DNA from: Rhizomicrobium sp.
Lineage (GTDB): Bacteria; Pseudomonadota; Alphaproteobacteria; Micropepsales; Micropepsaceae
Direction: 5' to 3'
NCBI GenBank assembly: GCA_036268715.1
Contig: DATATP010000189.1
Coordinates: forward strand, 1-53,799
Length of the DNA: 53,799 bases
In this document: positions 19,982 to 28,937 of the stretch, one piece after another
Layout: the number at the start of each line of letters is the position of its first letter
Position numbering within the stretch: position 1 is the stretch's first letter
Translations under genes and position numbers: made by a program
Notes under the pieces: model-generated
What the model was told of the DNA's origin: nothing
What the model saw: only the letters and a program-made list of their open reading frames with translations
Databases searched by the model: none

Positions 19982-20818
19982 CTATTTCGCGGCGACGCGG
20001 GTGGGACCCGGGTCAAGGGCAGCGAATTTCTTCCTGGCGGCGGCGAGCCAGCTTGCATAGTCCGCGTCGCTCACGACATGCACTTCGATGGGCATGAAAG
20101 CATGACGGGCGCCGCAAAGTTCCGAGCATTCGCCGTAGAAAGTCCCGAGTTTGGTTGCCTTGAACCAGGTGTGATTGAGGCGGCCGGGTATGGCGTCCAT
20201 CTTGACGCCCATCTGGGGCAGCGCCCAGCTATGGATCACGTCTGCGCCGGTGGTCTCGATTTCCACCACTTTATTGATTGGAACCACGACGGCGTTGTCC
20301 ACCCCTAGCAGCCGCGGCTCGCCGGCTTTTTTGGCGTCCGCGTCCGACAGCCCCAGCGAATCGAAGGTAAAGCCGCCCGCGCCGGGATATTCATAGGTCC
20401 AAAACCATTGCTTGCCGATCGCCTTGATATGGACGGCCGGATTGGGCGGGATCTCCGCCTCGAAATAGAGCAGCTTGAAGGAAGGGATGGCGATCACCAC
20501 CAGGATGATGACCGGGATGATGGTCCAGGCTACCTCCAACAGGGTGTTGTGGTGCACCTTGGAGGGCGTCGGATTGGCACTGGCGCGATAGCGCACCACG
20601 ATCCACGCCAGAAGTGCCAGCACGAACAAACAGACGGCGACGATGATGTAGACCAATTCGCGATGGAAATTTTCGACCTCGTCCATCACCGGCGAAGCGG
20701 AGGGCTGGAACCCAAGTTGGTAATCATAGGGCAACGCCAGAGCCGCGCCCGCCCAGCAGGTCAGGGTGGCGGTCAAGCCCGCCAGAGCTGCACCGATGCC
20801 GGTTTTCCGCAAAAACAT
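19982..20818 (-). CDS. ctaC: Cytochrome c oxidase subunit II
   Basis: HNTLLEVAWT, GKQWFWTYEY, DVIHSW, CuA motif CSELCGARHAFM. Confidence 0.96.
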   Translation of the reverse strand: MFLRKTGIGAALAGLTATLTCWAGAALALPYDYQLGFQPSASPVMDEVENFHRELVYIIVAVCLFVLALLAWIVVRYRASANPTPSKVHHNTLLEVAWTIIPVIILVVIAIPSFKLLYFEAEIPPNPAVHIKAIGKQWFWTYEYPGAGGFTFDSLGLSDADAKKAGEPRLLGVDNAVVVPINKVVEIETTGADVIHSWALPQMGVKMDAIPGRLNHTWFKATKLGTFYGECSELCGARHAFMPIEVHVVSDADYASWLAAARKKFAALDPGPTRVAAK

Positions 20819-20899
20819 GTGCGACCTCGCAAGAGGGGCGTATCTGCGCCCCTTTCAGATTCTGGCGGGGATTTAGAGTGGTTAAGCCCTTAAAGTCAT

Positions 20900-20915
20900 T
20901 GCGACCTTATGGCAC
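20900..20915. promoter_or_regulatory. Candidate RegA/RegR/PrrA-type binding site upstream of ctaC
   Basis: TGCGACCTTATGGCAC resembles the GCG(G/A)C-N5-G(T/N)CGC box with two mismatches; position is plausible, but the motif is weak in GC-rich DNA. Confidence 0.3.
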
Positions 20916-21059
20916 GGCCAATGCGGCGGCCCAAAGCCGGGCACCGCCCGCAAGCTCAAACGGGCCCGGAACGCTTGCCGGAAGGACGAAAGAGCCCAAT
21001 ATCTGTCGCTTGGCTCCCGGCTTGTCGGGCTTTTTGCCGCGCCTTCTTTGGAGTTCGCC

Positions 21060-22481
21060 ATGTCAGACACGGACCTGTTTTTCTCTCGCAACGGAATGGA
21101 CCGGGGCCGCGTCCAGGACATTGTCGCCCGAGCGCTCAACGGATCGGACGATGGGGAACTGTTCCTGGAATACAGCCAAAGCGAATCATTTGCCTATGAC
21201 GATAACCGGCTGAAGGCTGCCAGCTTCGATACCAGTCATGGCTTCGGGCTGAGGGCGGTCGCGGGCGAAGCGACCGGCTATGCCCATGCCTCGGAGATTT
21301 CGGAGGAGGCGATCAAGCGGGCCGCCGCGACCGTGCGGGCGGTGGCGCATGGCTATGGCGGCATCGCCGCCGGCGCCCCCGCGCGGAGCAATGTCAAACT
21401 CTATCCCGATATCGATCCCCTTCAGACGGCAGGATTCGAGAAGAAGGTGAAGCTGCTGGAAGAGATGAACGCCTATGCGCGGGCCAAGGACAGCAGGGTG
21501 CATCAGGTGTCGGCCTCGCTGTCGGGCGAATGGCAGCGCATCGAAATCCTGCGCGCCGATGGCCAGCTCTATTCCGATATCCGTCCCCTTGTGCGCCTCA
21601 ATGTGGCGGTGGTGGTCGAACAAAGTGGGCGGCAGGAATCTGGCCATTATGGCGGCGGCGGACGCAGCGGCTATGAGACCTATCTCGACCCCGCCTATTG
21701 GCAGGCCGGAGTGGACGAGGCGCTGCGCCAGGCGCTGGTCAATCTGGAATCGGTGCCGGCACCCGCTGGCGAGATGACGGTGGTTCTGGGACCGGGCTGG
21801 CCGGGCATCCTGTTGCATGAGGCGATCGGCCATGGGCTGGAAGGCGATTTCAACCGCAAGAAGACCTCCGCCTTCGCGGGTCTTCTTGGCCAGCGCGTCG
21901 CGGCGAAGGGCGTCACAGTGGTGGATGACGGCACCATCGACGGGCGGCGCGGGTCGCTTTCCATCGACGATGAAGGCACCCCCACCGGCCGGACCGTGTT
22001 GATCGAGGATGGAATCCTGAAGGGCTATATGCAGGACCGGCAGAACGCGCGGCTGATGGGCGTGGCGCCCACCGGCAACGGACGACGCCAATCCTATGCC
22101 TCATCCGTCATGCCACGCATGACCAACACTTATATGCTGGGCGGCGACAAACATCCCGATGAAATCCTCCGCAGCGTGAAGAAGGGTGTTTACGCGACAA
22201 ATTTCGGCGGGGGCCAGGTGGACATCACCAACGGCAAATTCGTGTTCTCCTGCACCGAGGCCTATCTGATCGAGGACGGAAAACTGGGTGCGCCGATCAA
22301 GGGCGCGACCTTGATCGGCAATGGGCCGGAAGCGCTCACGCGGGTCAGCATGATCGGCAACGACATGAAGCTGGATACCGGCGTGGGCACCTGCGGCAAG
22401 AATGGCCAGAGCGTGCCGGTCGGCGTGGGCCAGCCGACTTTGCGGCTGGACGGGCTGACGGTGGGCGGGACGCTTAGTTGA
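21060..22481 (+). CDS. tldD: Metalloprotease TldD
   Basis: DDGELFLEY, DIRPLVRL, GWPGILLHEAIGHGLEGDFNRK, MPRMTNTYM, CGKNGQSVPVGVGQPT; GGAG RBS before ATG 21060. Confidence 0.96.
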   Translation: MSDTDLFFSRNGMDRGRVQDIVARALNGSDDGELFLEYSQSESFAYDDNRLKAASFDTSHGFGLRAVAGEATGYAHASEISEEAIKRAAATVRAVAHGYGGIAAGAPARSNVKLYPDIDPLQTAGFEKKVKLLEEMNAYARAKDSRVHQVSASLSGEWQRIEILRADGQLYSDIRPLVRLNVAVVVEQSGRQESGHYGGGGRSGYETYLDPAYWQAGVDEALRQALVNLESVPAPAGEMTVVLGPGWPGILLHEAIGHGLEGDFNRKKTSAFAGLLGQRVAAKGVTVVDDGTIDGRRGSLSIDDEGTPTGRTVLIEDGILKGYMQDRQNARLMGVAPTGNGRRQSYASSVMPRMTNTYMLGGDKHPDEILRSVKKGVYATNFGGGQVDITNGKFVFSCTEAYLIEDGKLGAPIKGATLIGNGPEALTRVSMIGNDMKLDTGVGTCGKNGQSVPVGVGQPTLRLDGLTVGGTLS

Positions 22482-22512
22482 TGTTAGCGAGCGTAGCGAG
22501 TTTACATCAACT
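22476..22512. repeat. Inverted repeat overlapping the tldD stop codon (REP-like or terminator)
   Basis: AGTTGATGT (22476-22484)/ACATCAACT (22504-22512) around TAGCGAGCGTAGCGAG. Confidence 0.55.
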
Positions 22513-22553
22513 TGCGCTGGCGCGCGAAGGGAGTGCGGCGGCAGCCGCATGAC

Positions 22554-22829
22554 ATGATGAGCGGCGGCGAAAAGAAAATGTGGTTCGCGCCCAAGACCTA
22601 TGGCTATGGCGCGAGCTTGCCGATCCGTTGGCAAGGCTGGGCGCTTCTGGCCTGCTTCGTGGTGGCGGTGACGGCATGGAGCATCATCGCGCGTCTTTAC
22701 CTCACAGGCGGTGAGCGCACACCGACCCAAGTCGGCGGCATCATTCTCCTGCTGATACCGTTTGTCCTGATCGTGCGGGCCCGGACCGAAGGCGGCTGGC
22801 GCTGGCGGAACGGGGATGATCAGGCATGA
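22554..22829 (+). CDS. Small two-TM hypothetical membrane protein
   Basis: WFAPKTYGYGASLPIRWQGW, two hydrophobic helices, C-terminal RTEGGWRWR. Start uncertain (22554/22557/22578). Confidence 0.75.
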   Translation: MMSGGEKKMWFAPKTYGYGASLPIRWQGWALLACFVVAVTAWSIIARLYLTGGERTPTQVGGIILLLIPFVLIVRARTEGGWRWRNGDDQA

Positions 22830-23500
22830 GGACTTAAGAGAAGTGCCCCGATATCCTGAACGGCATGGGCCACGATCAGGGGCCACAAACGCCCGAAGCG
22901 CGCGTAACAGGCGCCGAACAGTACCCCCATGGGCAGTATGCCTATGACCGCCATCGGCCCCTGATAGAGATGATAGCTCGCCCGGATCGTCGCGCTCACC
23001 AGGACGGCGATCCAGAGCCTCTGCGTCGACCGCAGCGCCGTGATCACATAACCGGTGACAAAGACCTCCTCAAAGACCGCGTTGATGCAAGACAGGACCA
23101 CGGCCGTCACAGGCGAAATCGGGCCGGCCACCAGCCGCACACGTGCCGCGATCAATTGTTGCATGAGTCCCGGCGCAGCATAAAAAACCGCGAGCAAAAT
23201 GATACCGAGACAAATCCACTGCCCGGTCAACAACAGCAGTCCGAAGCCCGTGTCCTTCCAGCCGGGGCGCAGTCCTATCCTTTGCGGCGTCCAGCCCCGC
23301 AGCGCCAGGAAAGCGTACAGCAGGCCACCAACCACAATTTCATACGCCGCAAGCATCCACAGACTGATATTGGTGACCTGATATAGGGGAAAGCGGCCGG
23401 TCGCGATCAGGACGCTGACAAGCAGCGAATGCCCGAAAGCAAGCAGGATCACGGCCCAGAATTCGAACCGCGGCGACAATGGCCTAAAAATCTGCTGCAT
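22820..23500 (-). CDS. CPBP (Abi/CAAX) family intramembrane glutamic endopeptidase
   Basis: Multi-TM with FEEVFVTGY, SYHLYQG, LWPLIVAHAVQD. Confidence 0.85.
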   Translation of the reverse strand: MQQIFRPLSPRFEFWAVILLAFGHSLLVSVLIATGRFPLYQVTNISLWMLAAYEIVVGGLLYAFLALRGWTPQRIGLRPGWKDTGFGLLLLTGQWICLGIILLAVFYAAPGLMQQLIAARVRLVAGPISPVTAVVLSCINAVFEEVFVTGYVITALRSTQRLWIAVLVSATIRASYHLYQGPMAVIGILPMGVLFGACYARFGRLWPLIVAHAVQDIGALLLSPHA

Positions 23501-23553
23501 TGTCCCCCCAATTTCGGCAATTCAACGCGAAATTCCCTACCGGAGTATGAAGC

Positions 23554-23895
23554 ATGGCGGCACTCATCTTCAAAATTGTCCCCCGCGCCGAATGGGAAGC
23601 GGTCGGTGAAGCCTACCAAGGCTCGGCACATGACACGGCGGACGGCTTCCTGCATTTCTCGACCAGACTGCAGCTCGCTGAGACCTTGTGGCTCTATTAT
23701 GCCGGCCGCGGTGATCTGGTGCTGGTGGCGGTCGAAGCCGCGGCATTGGGCGAGGCGCTGAAATGGGAGCACGCGCCCTCGCGCGGCGAGGATTTCCCTC
23801 ATCTGTTTAGCCCCCTACCCCGCTCCGCCGTGCGCTGGACCAAACCGCTGGCGCGTGATGCGCAAGGCCGCTTCATAATTCCCAACGGGGCGTGA
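23554..23895 (+). CDS. DUF952 domain protein
   Basis: IFKIV, DTADGFLHFST, LKWEHAPSRGEDFPHLF. Confidence 0.88.
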   Translation: MAALIFKIVPRAEWEAVGEAYQGSAHDTADGFLHFSTRLQLAETLWLYYAGRGDLVLVAVEAAALGEALKWEHAPSRGEDFPHLFSPLPRSAVRWTKPLARDAQGRFIIPNGA

Positions 23896-23932
23896 TCCCA
23901 AAAGCCGCTTTCCGGCCGACAAAAATCACAGC

Positions 23933-23960
23933 TTGACATGCAACCATATAGTTGCATATT
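23933..23960 (+). promoter_or_regulatory. Sigma70-type promoter with overlapping palindromic operator for the ArsR-SRPBCC operon
   Basis: TTGACA at 23933-23938; palindrome ATGCAAC-N6-GTTGCAT at 23938-23957; ATG at 23967 without a Shine-Dalgarno. Confidence 0.75.
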
Positions 23961-23966
23961 AATCCG

Positions 23967-24299
23967 ATGACTGCTGAGGATGACGACAAGGTGTTCAAGG
24001 CGCTGGCCGATGCGAGCCGCAGGGAATTGCTCGACCGGCTGCGACGCGATGCCGGGATCACCCTGGGCGAGCTTTGCGAAGGCCATGACATGAGCCGGCA
24101 AGCGGTGAGCAAGCATCTCGCCCTGCTGGAAGACGCGAACCTTGTCGTCGCCATTCGCCAAGGCCGCGAGAAGCTGCATTACCTGAACCCCGCGCCGATC
24201 GGCGCGATCTATAGCCGCTGGATCGGCCGTTTCGAACGGGAACGGATCCAAGCGCTGGAAAACCTCAAACAGGCCCTGAAGGAGAGCAAAGATGACTAA
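23967..24299 (+). CDS. ArsR/SmtB family transcriptional regulator
   Basis: VFKALADASRRELLDRL, MSRQAVSKHLALLEDANLV, GREKLHYLN. Confidence 0.92.
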   Translation: MTAEDDDKVFKALADASRRELLDRLRRDAGITLGELCEGHDMSRQAVSKHLALLEDANLVVAIRQGREKLHYLNPAPIGAIYSRWIGRFERERIQALENLKQALKESKDD

Positions 24300-24738
24300 A
24301 CCCGAATTCGTCTATGTCACCTATATCCAGACCACACCCGACAAATTGTGGGACGCCATCACCAATCCCGAATTCATGAAGCAATACTGGTTCGGTTGCC
24401 GCTGCGAGAGCGACTTCAAACCGGGATCGTCCTGGAAACTGGTCTATCCGAATGGCGATATCACCGATTCCGGCGAGATCGTCGAAAGCGATCCGCCCAA
24501 GCACCTTGCCATCCGGTGGCGCAATGAATGGAAGCCGGAATTGAAAGCCGAAGGCTATTCACTCTGCACCTTCGAAATCGAGGCGGTCGGCAAGGTCACA
24601 AAACTGACCGTTAGGCATGTCATCGACAGAGAGCCTCCGTCGAAGCTGATCGAGGCCGTGTCCGGGGGCTGGCCCAGGATACTTTCCAACCTGAAATCTC
24701 TTCTCGAAACCGGGAAGGTCGTCCTTGAAAACAAGTGA
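24292..24738 (+). CDS. SRPBCC (AHSA1-like) family protein
   Basis: FVYVTYIQTTPDKLWDAIT, GWPRILSNLKSLLETG. Confidence 0.9.
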   Translation: MTKPEFVYVTYIQTTPDKLWDAITNPEFMKQYWFGCRCESDFKPGSSWKLVYPNGDITDSGEIVESDPPKHLAIRWRNEWKPELKAEGYSLCTFEIEAVGKVTKLTVRHVIDREPPSKLIEAVSGGWPRILSNLKSLLETGKVVLENK

Positions 24739-24844
24739 GAGCCGCCAAGCGCACAAGGACGCATGACCGGACGGGCGCGCCGCGCAAATACCCAGCGTGT
24801 GCCAGGAGTTGGAAAAATCGGCGGAACCGCTCTACTGTGCCGCC

Positions 24845-25729
24845 ATGATCTCCATCAGCGGCAAGCCGCACGACCTGGGCGACGGATTCTTCGTCACCCG
24901 CCTGTTGCCCCAGGCGGCGCGGCGCAGCATCGGCCCATTCGTGTTCCTGGATTATTTTGGCCCGGTAGATTTCGCGCCGGGCAAGGGCATCGATGTGCGG
25001 CCCCATCCCCATATCGGGCTTGCCACCGTCACCTATCTGTTCGAGGGCTCTCAGATGCACCGCGATACGCTGGGGTCCATGCAGGAGATACGGCCCGGCG
25101 ACGTCAACTGGATGACTGCCGGCCGCGGCATCGCCCATTCCGAACGTACCGGCGAGGAGGTGCGCGCCGCGGGTCATCGCCTGCACGGCATCCAGAGCTG
25201 GATCGGCTTGCCCACCGCCGACGAGGAAGCGCCGCCGCAATTCCAGCATTTTGCGCGCGAGCAACTGCCACAGAGTGAAGCCGACGGCGTCCGCCTGCGA
25301 ATGATAACCGGAAGCGCCTTCGGACTGACTTCGCCGGTCAAGGTGTTTTCGCCGATCTTCTATGCCGACGCGCGCTTCGCGGCGGGCGGCCGGCTGCCGC
25401 TCGACACCGAGCATGAAGAACGCGCTTTCCTGGTGATCGAAGGAGAAGTGCAGATCGGCGGCGACCTTCATGGGGTGGAGGTGCACGGGCCCGGCGCGAT
25501 GCTGGCGCTGGATGCGGGCGAGGAAGTGACGCTTTATGCCGCGGGGCCGGCGCAGGTGATGCTGCTGGGCGGAGCGAAGCTGGACGGGCCGCGGCATATC
25601 TGGTGGAATTTCGTGTCCTCATCGCACGAGCGCATCGAACGGGCGAAGCAGGACTGGAAATCGGGTGCCTTCGGGAAAATCCCCAGCGACGACAAGGAAT
25701 TCATCCCGCTGCCCGCGGACCGTCGGTGA
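24845..25729 (+). CDS. Pirin family protein
   Basis: IGPFVFLD, HPHIGLATVTYLF, MHRD, MTAGRGIAHSE, WWNFVSS. Confidence 0.93.
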   Translation: MISISGKPHDLGDGFFVTRLLPQAARRSIGPFVFLDYFGPVDFAPGKGIDVRPHPHIGLATVTYLFEGSQMHRDTLGSMQEIRPGDVNWMTAGRGIAHSERTGEEVRAAGHRLHGIQSWIGLPTADEEAPPQFQHFAREQLPQSEADGVRLRMITGSAFGLTSPVKVFSPIFYADARFAAGGRLPLDTEHEERAFLVIEGEVQIGGDLHGVEVHGPGAMLALDAGEEVTLYAAGPAQVMLLGGAKLDGPRHIWWNFVSSSHERIERAKQDWKSGAFGKIPSDDKEFIPLPADRR

Positions 25730-25917
25730 TCGCACGTCTTTTTCGCATTATCGGCATCGTCCTGCTTGCGTCGGGATTGCTGTTCCTACTGCAGGGGGCA
25801 GGTCTTGTTCATTGGCCGCCGGAAAGCTTCATGCTCGATCAGCGCGTGTGGGTGCGGAACGGGCTCGCCATCGCGCTTGCGGGCGCATGTCTGATTTTTC
25901 TATCGCGCCGTCTTTAG
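25726..25917 (+). CDS. Small two-TM hypothetical protein
   Basis: GTG overlaps the pirin stop; GLLFLLQGAGLVHWPPESFM motif between two TM helices. Confidence 0.75.
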   Translation: MIARLFRIIGIVLLASGLLFLLQGAGLVHWPPESFMLDQRVWVRNGLAIALAGACLIFLSRRL

Positions 25918-25935
25918 ATCGTCCGGAGTCTAACC

Positions 25936-27015
25936 ATGAAATACAACCGTCTCGGCAATACCGGCCTCTATGTGTCCGAAATCTGTCTCGGCACCATGAC
26001 CTTTTCCGGCCAGGGCTATTTCGACGGCGTGATCGGTACCTTGAACCAGAAGGAAGCCACCGCGCTGATTGCGCGCAGCCTGGAGGCACGGGTCAACTTC
26101 ATCGACACTGCCGATGTCTATTCGCTGGGCGAGTCCGAAAAGATGACCGGCCAGGCACTGAAGGAGCTCGGCGTCAGGCGCAGCGATGTCGTGATCGCCA
26201 CCAAGGTCTATGGCCGCATGGCGCCGGGCCCCAACGACATCGGCGCGTCCCGGGGCCATATCATGGATTCGGTGAGCCGCAGCCTGGAACGGCTCCAGAC
26301 CGATCACATCGATCTCTACCAGATCCACCAATCCGACGGCATCACGCCGGTCGAGGAGACCATGCGCGCGCTGGACGATCTCGTGGCGCAGCGGATGATC
26401 CGCTATGTCGGCGTGTCGAATTGGGAAGCCTGGAAGATCATGAAGGCCAATGGCATCGCCGACAAACGCGGCTGGACGCGGGTGGAAAGCTGCCAGGCTT
26501 ATTACTCCATCGCCGGACGGGACCTGGAGCAGGAATTGGTGCCGCTGATGAAGGACCAGGCCATCGCCTGTCTGGTCTGGTCGCCGCTGGCGGGCGGCTA
26601 TCTCGCCGGCAAATACACGCCGGGCGGCGAAGGCGGAGCCTCTGGAAACGATAGTGGCCGCCGCGCCAGCTTCGATTTTCCGCCCATCGACAAGGAGAAA
26701 GCCGACGAAATCGTGCTGGCGATGCGCGAGATCGCCAAAGCGCATGGCGTCTCGACGGCACGGGTCGCCCTGGCCTGGGTTCGGGCGAAGCCTTTCGTCA
26801 CTTCCACCATCATCGGCGCCAAGACAATGGAGCAGTTGAACGACAATTTGGAAGCGGTGACCTTGACCCTGACCGATGCGGAAATGGCCAAGCTGAATGC
26901 GGTAAGCGCGTCGCGACCGCTCTATCCCCACTGGATGGCAGCGCGCAACAATGCGACGCGCGTGCCGACAGGTGAGGCCGTGAAGATGGGCGGGATACCG
27001 AGCCCGAAGGTCTGA
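25936..27015 (+). CDS. Aldo/keto reductase
   Basis: LGNTGLYVSEICLGTMTF, FIDTADVYS, VIATKV, IDLYQIH, WSPLAGG. Confidence 0.94.
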   Translation: MKYNRLGNTGLYVSEICLGTMTFSGQGYFDGVIGTLNQKEATALIARSLEARVNFIDTADVYSLGESEKMTGQALKELGVRRSDVVIATKVYGRMAPGPNDIGASRGHIMDSVSRSLERLQTDHIDLYQIHQSDGITPVEETMRALDDLVAQRMIRYVGVSNWEAWKIMKANGIADKRGWTRVESCQAYYSIAGRDLEQELVPLMKDQAIACLVWSPLAGGYLAGKYTPGGEGGASGNDSGRRASFDFPPIDKEKADEIVLAMREIAKAHGVSTARVALAWVRAKPFVTSTIIGAKTMEQLNDNLEAVTLTLTDAEMAKLNAVSASRPLYPHWMAARNNATRVPTGEAVKMGGIPSPKV

Positions 27016-27022
27016 GCCCTCA

Positions 27023-27128
27023 TGTCATGGCCGGGGCCGCGCGCAGCGCGACCCGAGGACAAGCTTCACGACCCCGGCATCCACCGTGTAGGCCGGGCAT
27101 GGATCGCCGCCTCAGGGCGGCGATGACA
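27023..27128. repeat. Bipartite palindromic REP-like element between convergent genes
   Basis: Terminal IR TGTCAT/ATGACA, internal ATCCA/TGGAT, hairpins GCCGGGG..CCCCGGC and ATCGCCGC-CTCAGG-GCGGCGAT. Confidence 0.75.
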
Positions 27129-27136
27129 AATGGAGA

Positions 27137-28501
27137 TCACAGGAAATTATATTCCGTGAACAGGTGGCTCAAATCGCGTCCCCATGCGCCGTGATAGTTC
27201 TTCAGCAATTCTTCCGCCCTCGTATAGCCTCGCGCCACCAGATCGCGCAGAGGATTGAGGAAACCATCCTCGCTCATGCCGCCGGAATCCAGCGCGGCGC
27301 GGCGTTTCAGTCCGGCGGCGGAAATTTCCAGCATGCGGTGCGCCAGCGCATGCACGTTGGTGTTGCGGAACGGCACCTTGAACGCCTGGCGCGGCACCGC
27401 GTCGCGCATCGCCTGGCGTTCCTCCGCGGTCCAGTCCTTTACCAGGTCCCAGGCCGCATCCAGAGCCACGCTGTCATAGAAAATGCCCACCCACAGCGCT
27501 GGCATGCCGCAGATGCGCCGCCACAGCCCGGCATCGGCGCCCCGCATCTCCAGGAACTGCTTGAGCCGCACTTCCGGAAAAATGGTCGTCAGGTGATCGG
27601 CCCAATCGGACATCGTGGGCTCGAACTGCACCACTTCGGGAATTTTGCGGGCCAGAAAATCGCGGAAGCTGCACCCCGCGACATCGTGGTATTTTCCATC
27701 GCGGTAAACGAAATACATCGGCACGTCGAGGGCGTAATCGACATAGCGCTCAAAGCCCATGCCATCCTCGAATACGAAAGGCAGCATGCCGGCGCGCGCG
27801 TTATCGACGTCCGTCCAGACCTGGGAACGATAGGAAAGAAATTGGCTCGCCCGGCCCTCGCGGAACGGCGAATTCGCCAGCAGCGCCGTCGCCACCGGCT
27901 GGAGCGCCAGGCCGACGCGGAATTTCTTCACCATGTCGGCTTCGGAGTCGAAATCCAGATTCACCTGCACGGTGCAGGTGCGGAACATCATGTCGAGGCC
28001 ATAGCCGCCGACCTTGGGCATGTATTCGCGCATGATCTTGTAGCGGCCCTTGGGCATGACATGGGTTTCGGCCATCGACCAGTTCGGCGCGAAGCCCAAA
28101 CCCAGGATACCAATACCCAACTCCCCGGCCACTTCGCGGGTCTGGTGCAGATGGGTGTCCACTTCGGCGCAGGTCTCGTGAACGGTCTTGACCGGGGCGC
28201 CTGAGAGTTCGAACTGCCCGCCCGGCTCGAGGCTCAACGAGGCGCCATTCTGGGTGAGGCCGATGATATTTGCCCCTTCCAAAACAGGCTGCCACCCAAA
28301 CCGCTTCATGCCCTCCAGCAATTGGCGAATGCCGGGCGTCCCTTGATAGGCAAGGGGCTTACGGGTCCTGCAGTCATAGACGAATTTTTCGTGCTCGGTG
28401 CCGATGCGCCAATCCGCTTTCGGTTTGCAGCCGCTGGAAAGATGCCGAACCAGATCGTCGCGGCTCTGGATGGGGCCGCCGGCGGACTGCGGTATCGACA
28501 T
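27137..28501 (-). CDS. gshA: Glutamate--cysteine ligase (alphaproteobacterial/plant type)
   Basis: WRIGTEHEKF, SLEPGGQFELSGAP, MPKGRYKIM, TCTVQVNLD, FPEVRLKQFLEMRGAD. Confidence 0.95.
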   Translation of the reverse strand: MSIPQSAGGPIQSRDDLVRHLSSGCKPKADWRIGTEHEKFVYDCRTRKPLAYQGTPGIRQLLEGMKRFGWQPVLEGANIIGLTQNGASLSLEPGGQFELSGAPVKTVHETCAEVDTHLHQTREVAGELGIGILGLGFAPNWSMAETHVMPKGRYKIMREYMPKVGGYGLDMMFRTCTVQVNLDFDSEADMVKKFRVGLALQPVATALLANSPFREGRASQFLSYRSQVWTDVDNARAGMLPFVFEDGMGFERYVDYALDVPMYFVYRDGKYHDVAGCSFRDFLARKIPEVVQFEPTMSDWADHLTTIFPEVRLKQFLEMRGADAGLWRRICGMPALWVGIFYDSVALDAAWDLVKDWTAEERQAMRDAVPRQAFKVPFRNTNVHALAHRMLEISAAGLKRRAALDSGGMSEDGFLNPLRDLVARGYTRAEELLKNYHGAWGRDLSHLFTEYNFL

Positions 28502-28581
28502 GAAAGCTCCTGGATGCCGCGGTAGCCGGCTTGCGGCTACTTAGGCATCGAGAGGCCATGGCGCAAGCAACGAAGCGTGCA

Positions 28582-28623
28582 TGTATTTTTGTATTGACTT
28601 AATTAAGTGAAAATGGAAATACA
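28582..28623 (+). promoter_or_regulatory. AT-rich palindromic operator/promoter upstream of the second ArsR operon
   Basis: Perfect core ACTTAATTAAGT (28597-28608) with symmetric outer arms TGTATTT (28582)/AAATACA (28617); TTGACT at 28594. Confidence 0.7.
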
Positions 28624-28628
28624 CAGAA

Positions 28629-28937
28629 ATGGAAGGTTTAACCGCTCTCGCAGATCCCACGCGCCGGCGCATCGTCGAGATGCTGGCAGACGGCGCGTTG
28701 TCCGCGGGGGATATCGTCAGCCGCTTCGATCTCAGCCCCCCAGCCATCTCCCAACATCTCAAGACTTTGAAAGGCGCCCGGTTGGTGACGGTACGGGCCG
28801 AGAAGCAAAAGCGCATCTATGAACTGGACCCAGTTGGTTTCGATGAAGTGGGGGCCTGGGTCGATCACATCCGCGCCTTCTGGAACCACAAATTGAACGC
28901 GTTGGAAGAAGCTCTGAAACAAGCGGGAGCGGAATGA
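28629..28937 (+). CDS. ArsR/SmtB family transcriptional regulator
   Basis: ALADPTRRRIVEML, LSPPAISQHLKTLK, FWNHKLNALE. Confidence 0.92.
   Translation: MEGLTALADPTRRRIVEMLADGALSAGDIVSRFDLSPPAISQHLKTLKGARLVTVRAEKQKRIYELDPVGFDEVGAWVDHIRAFWNHKLNALEEALKQAGAE

Noticed and set aside
20882-20893. TTAA-GCCC-TTAA as a CtrA box
   Set aside because: Spacer is 4 nt instead of 7.
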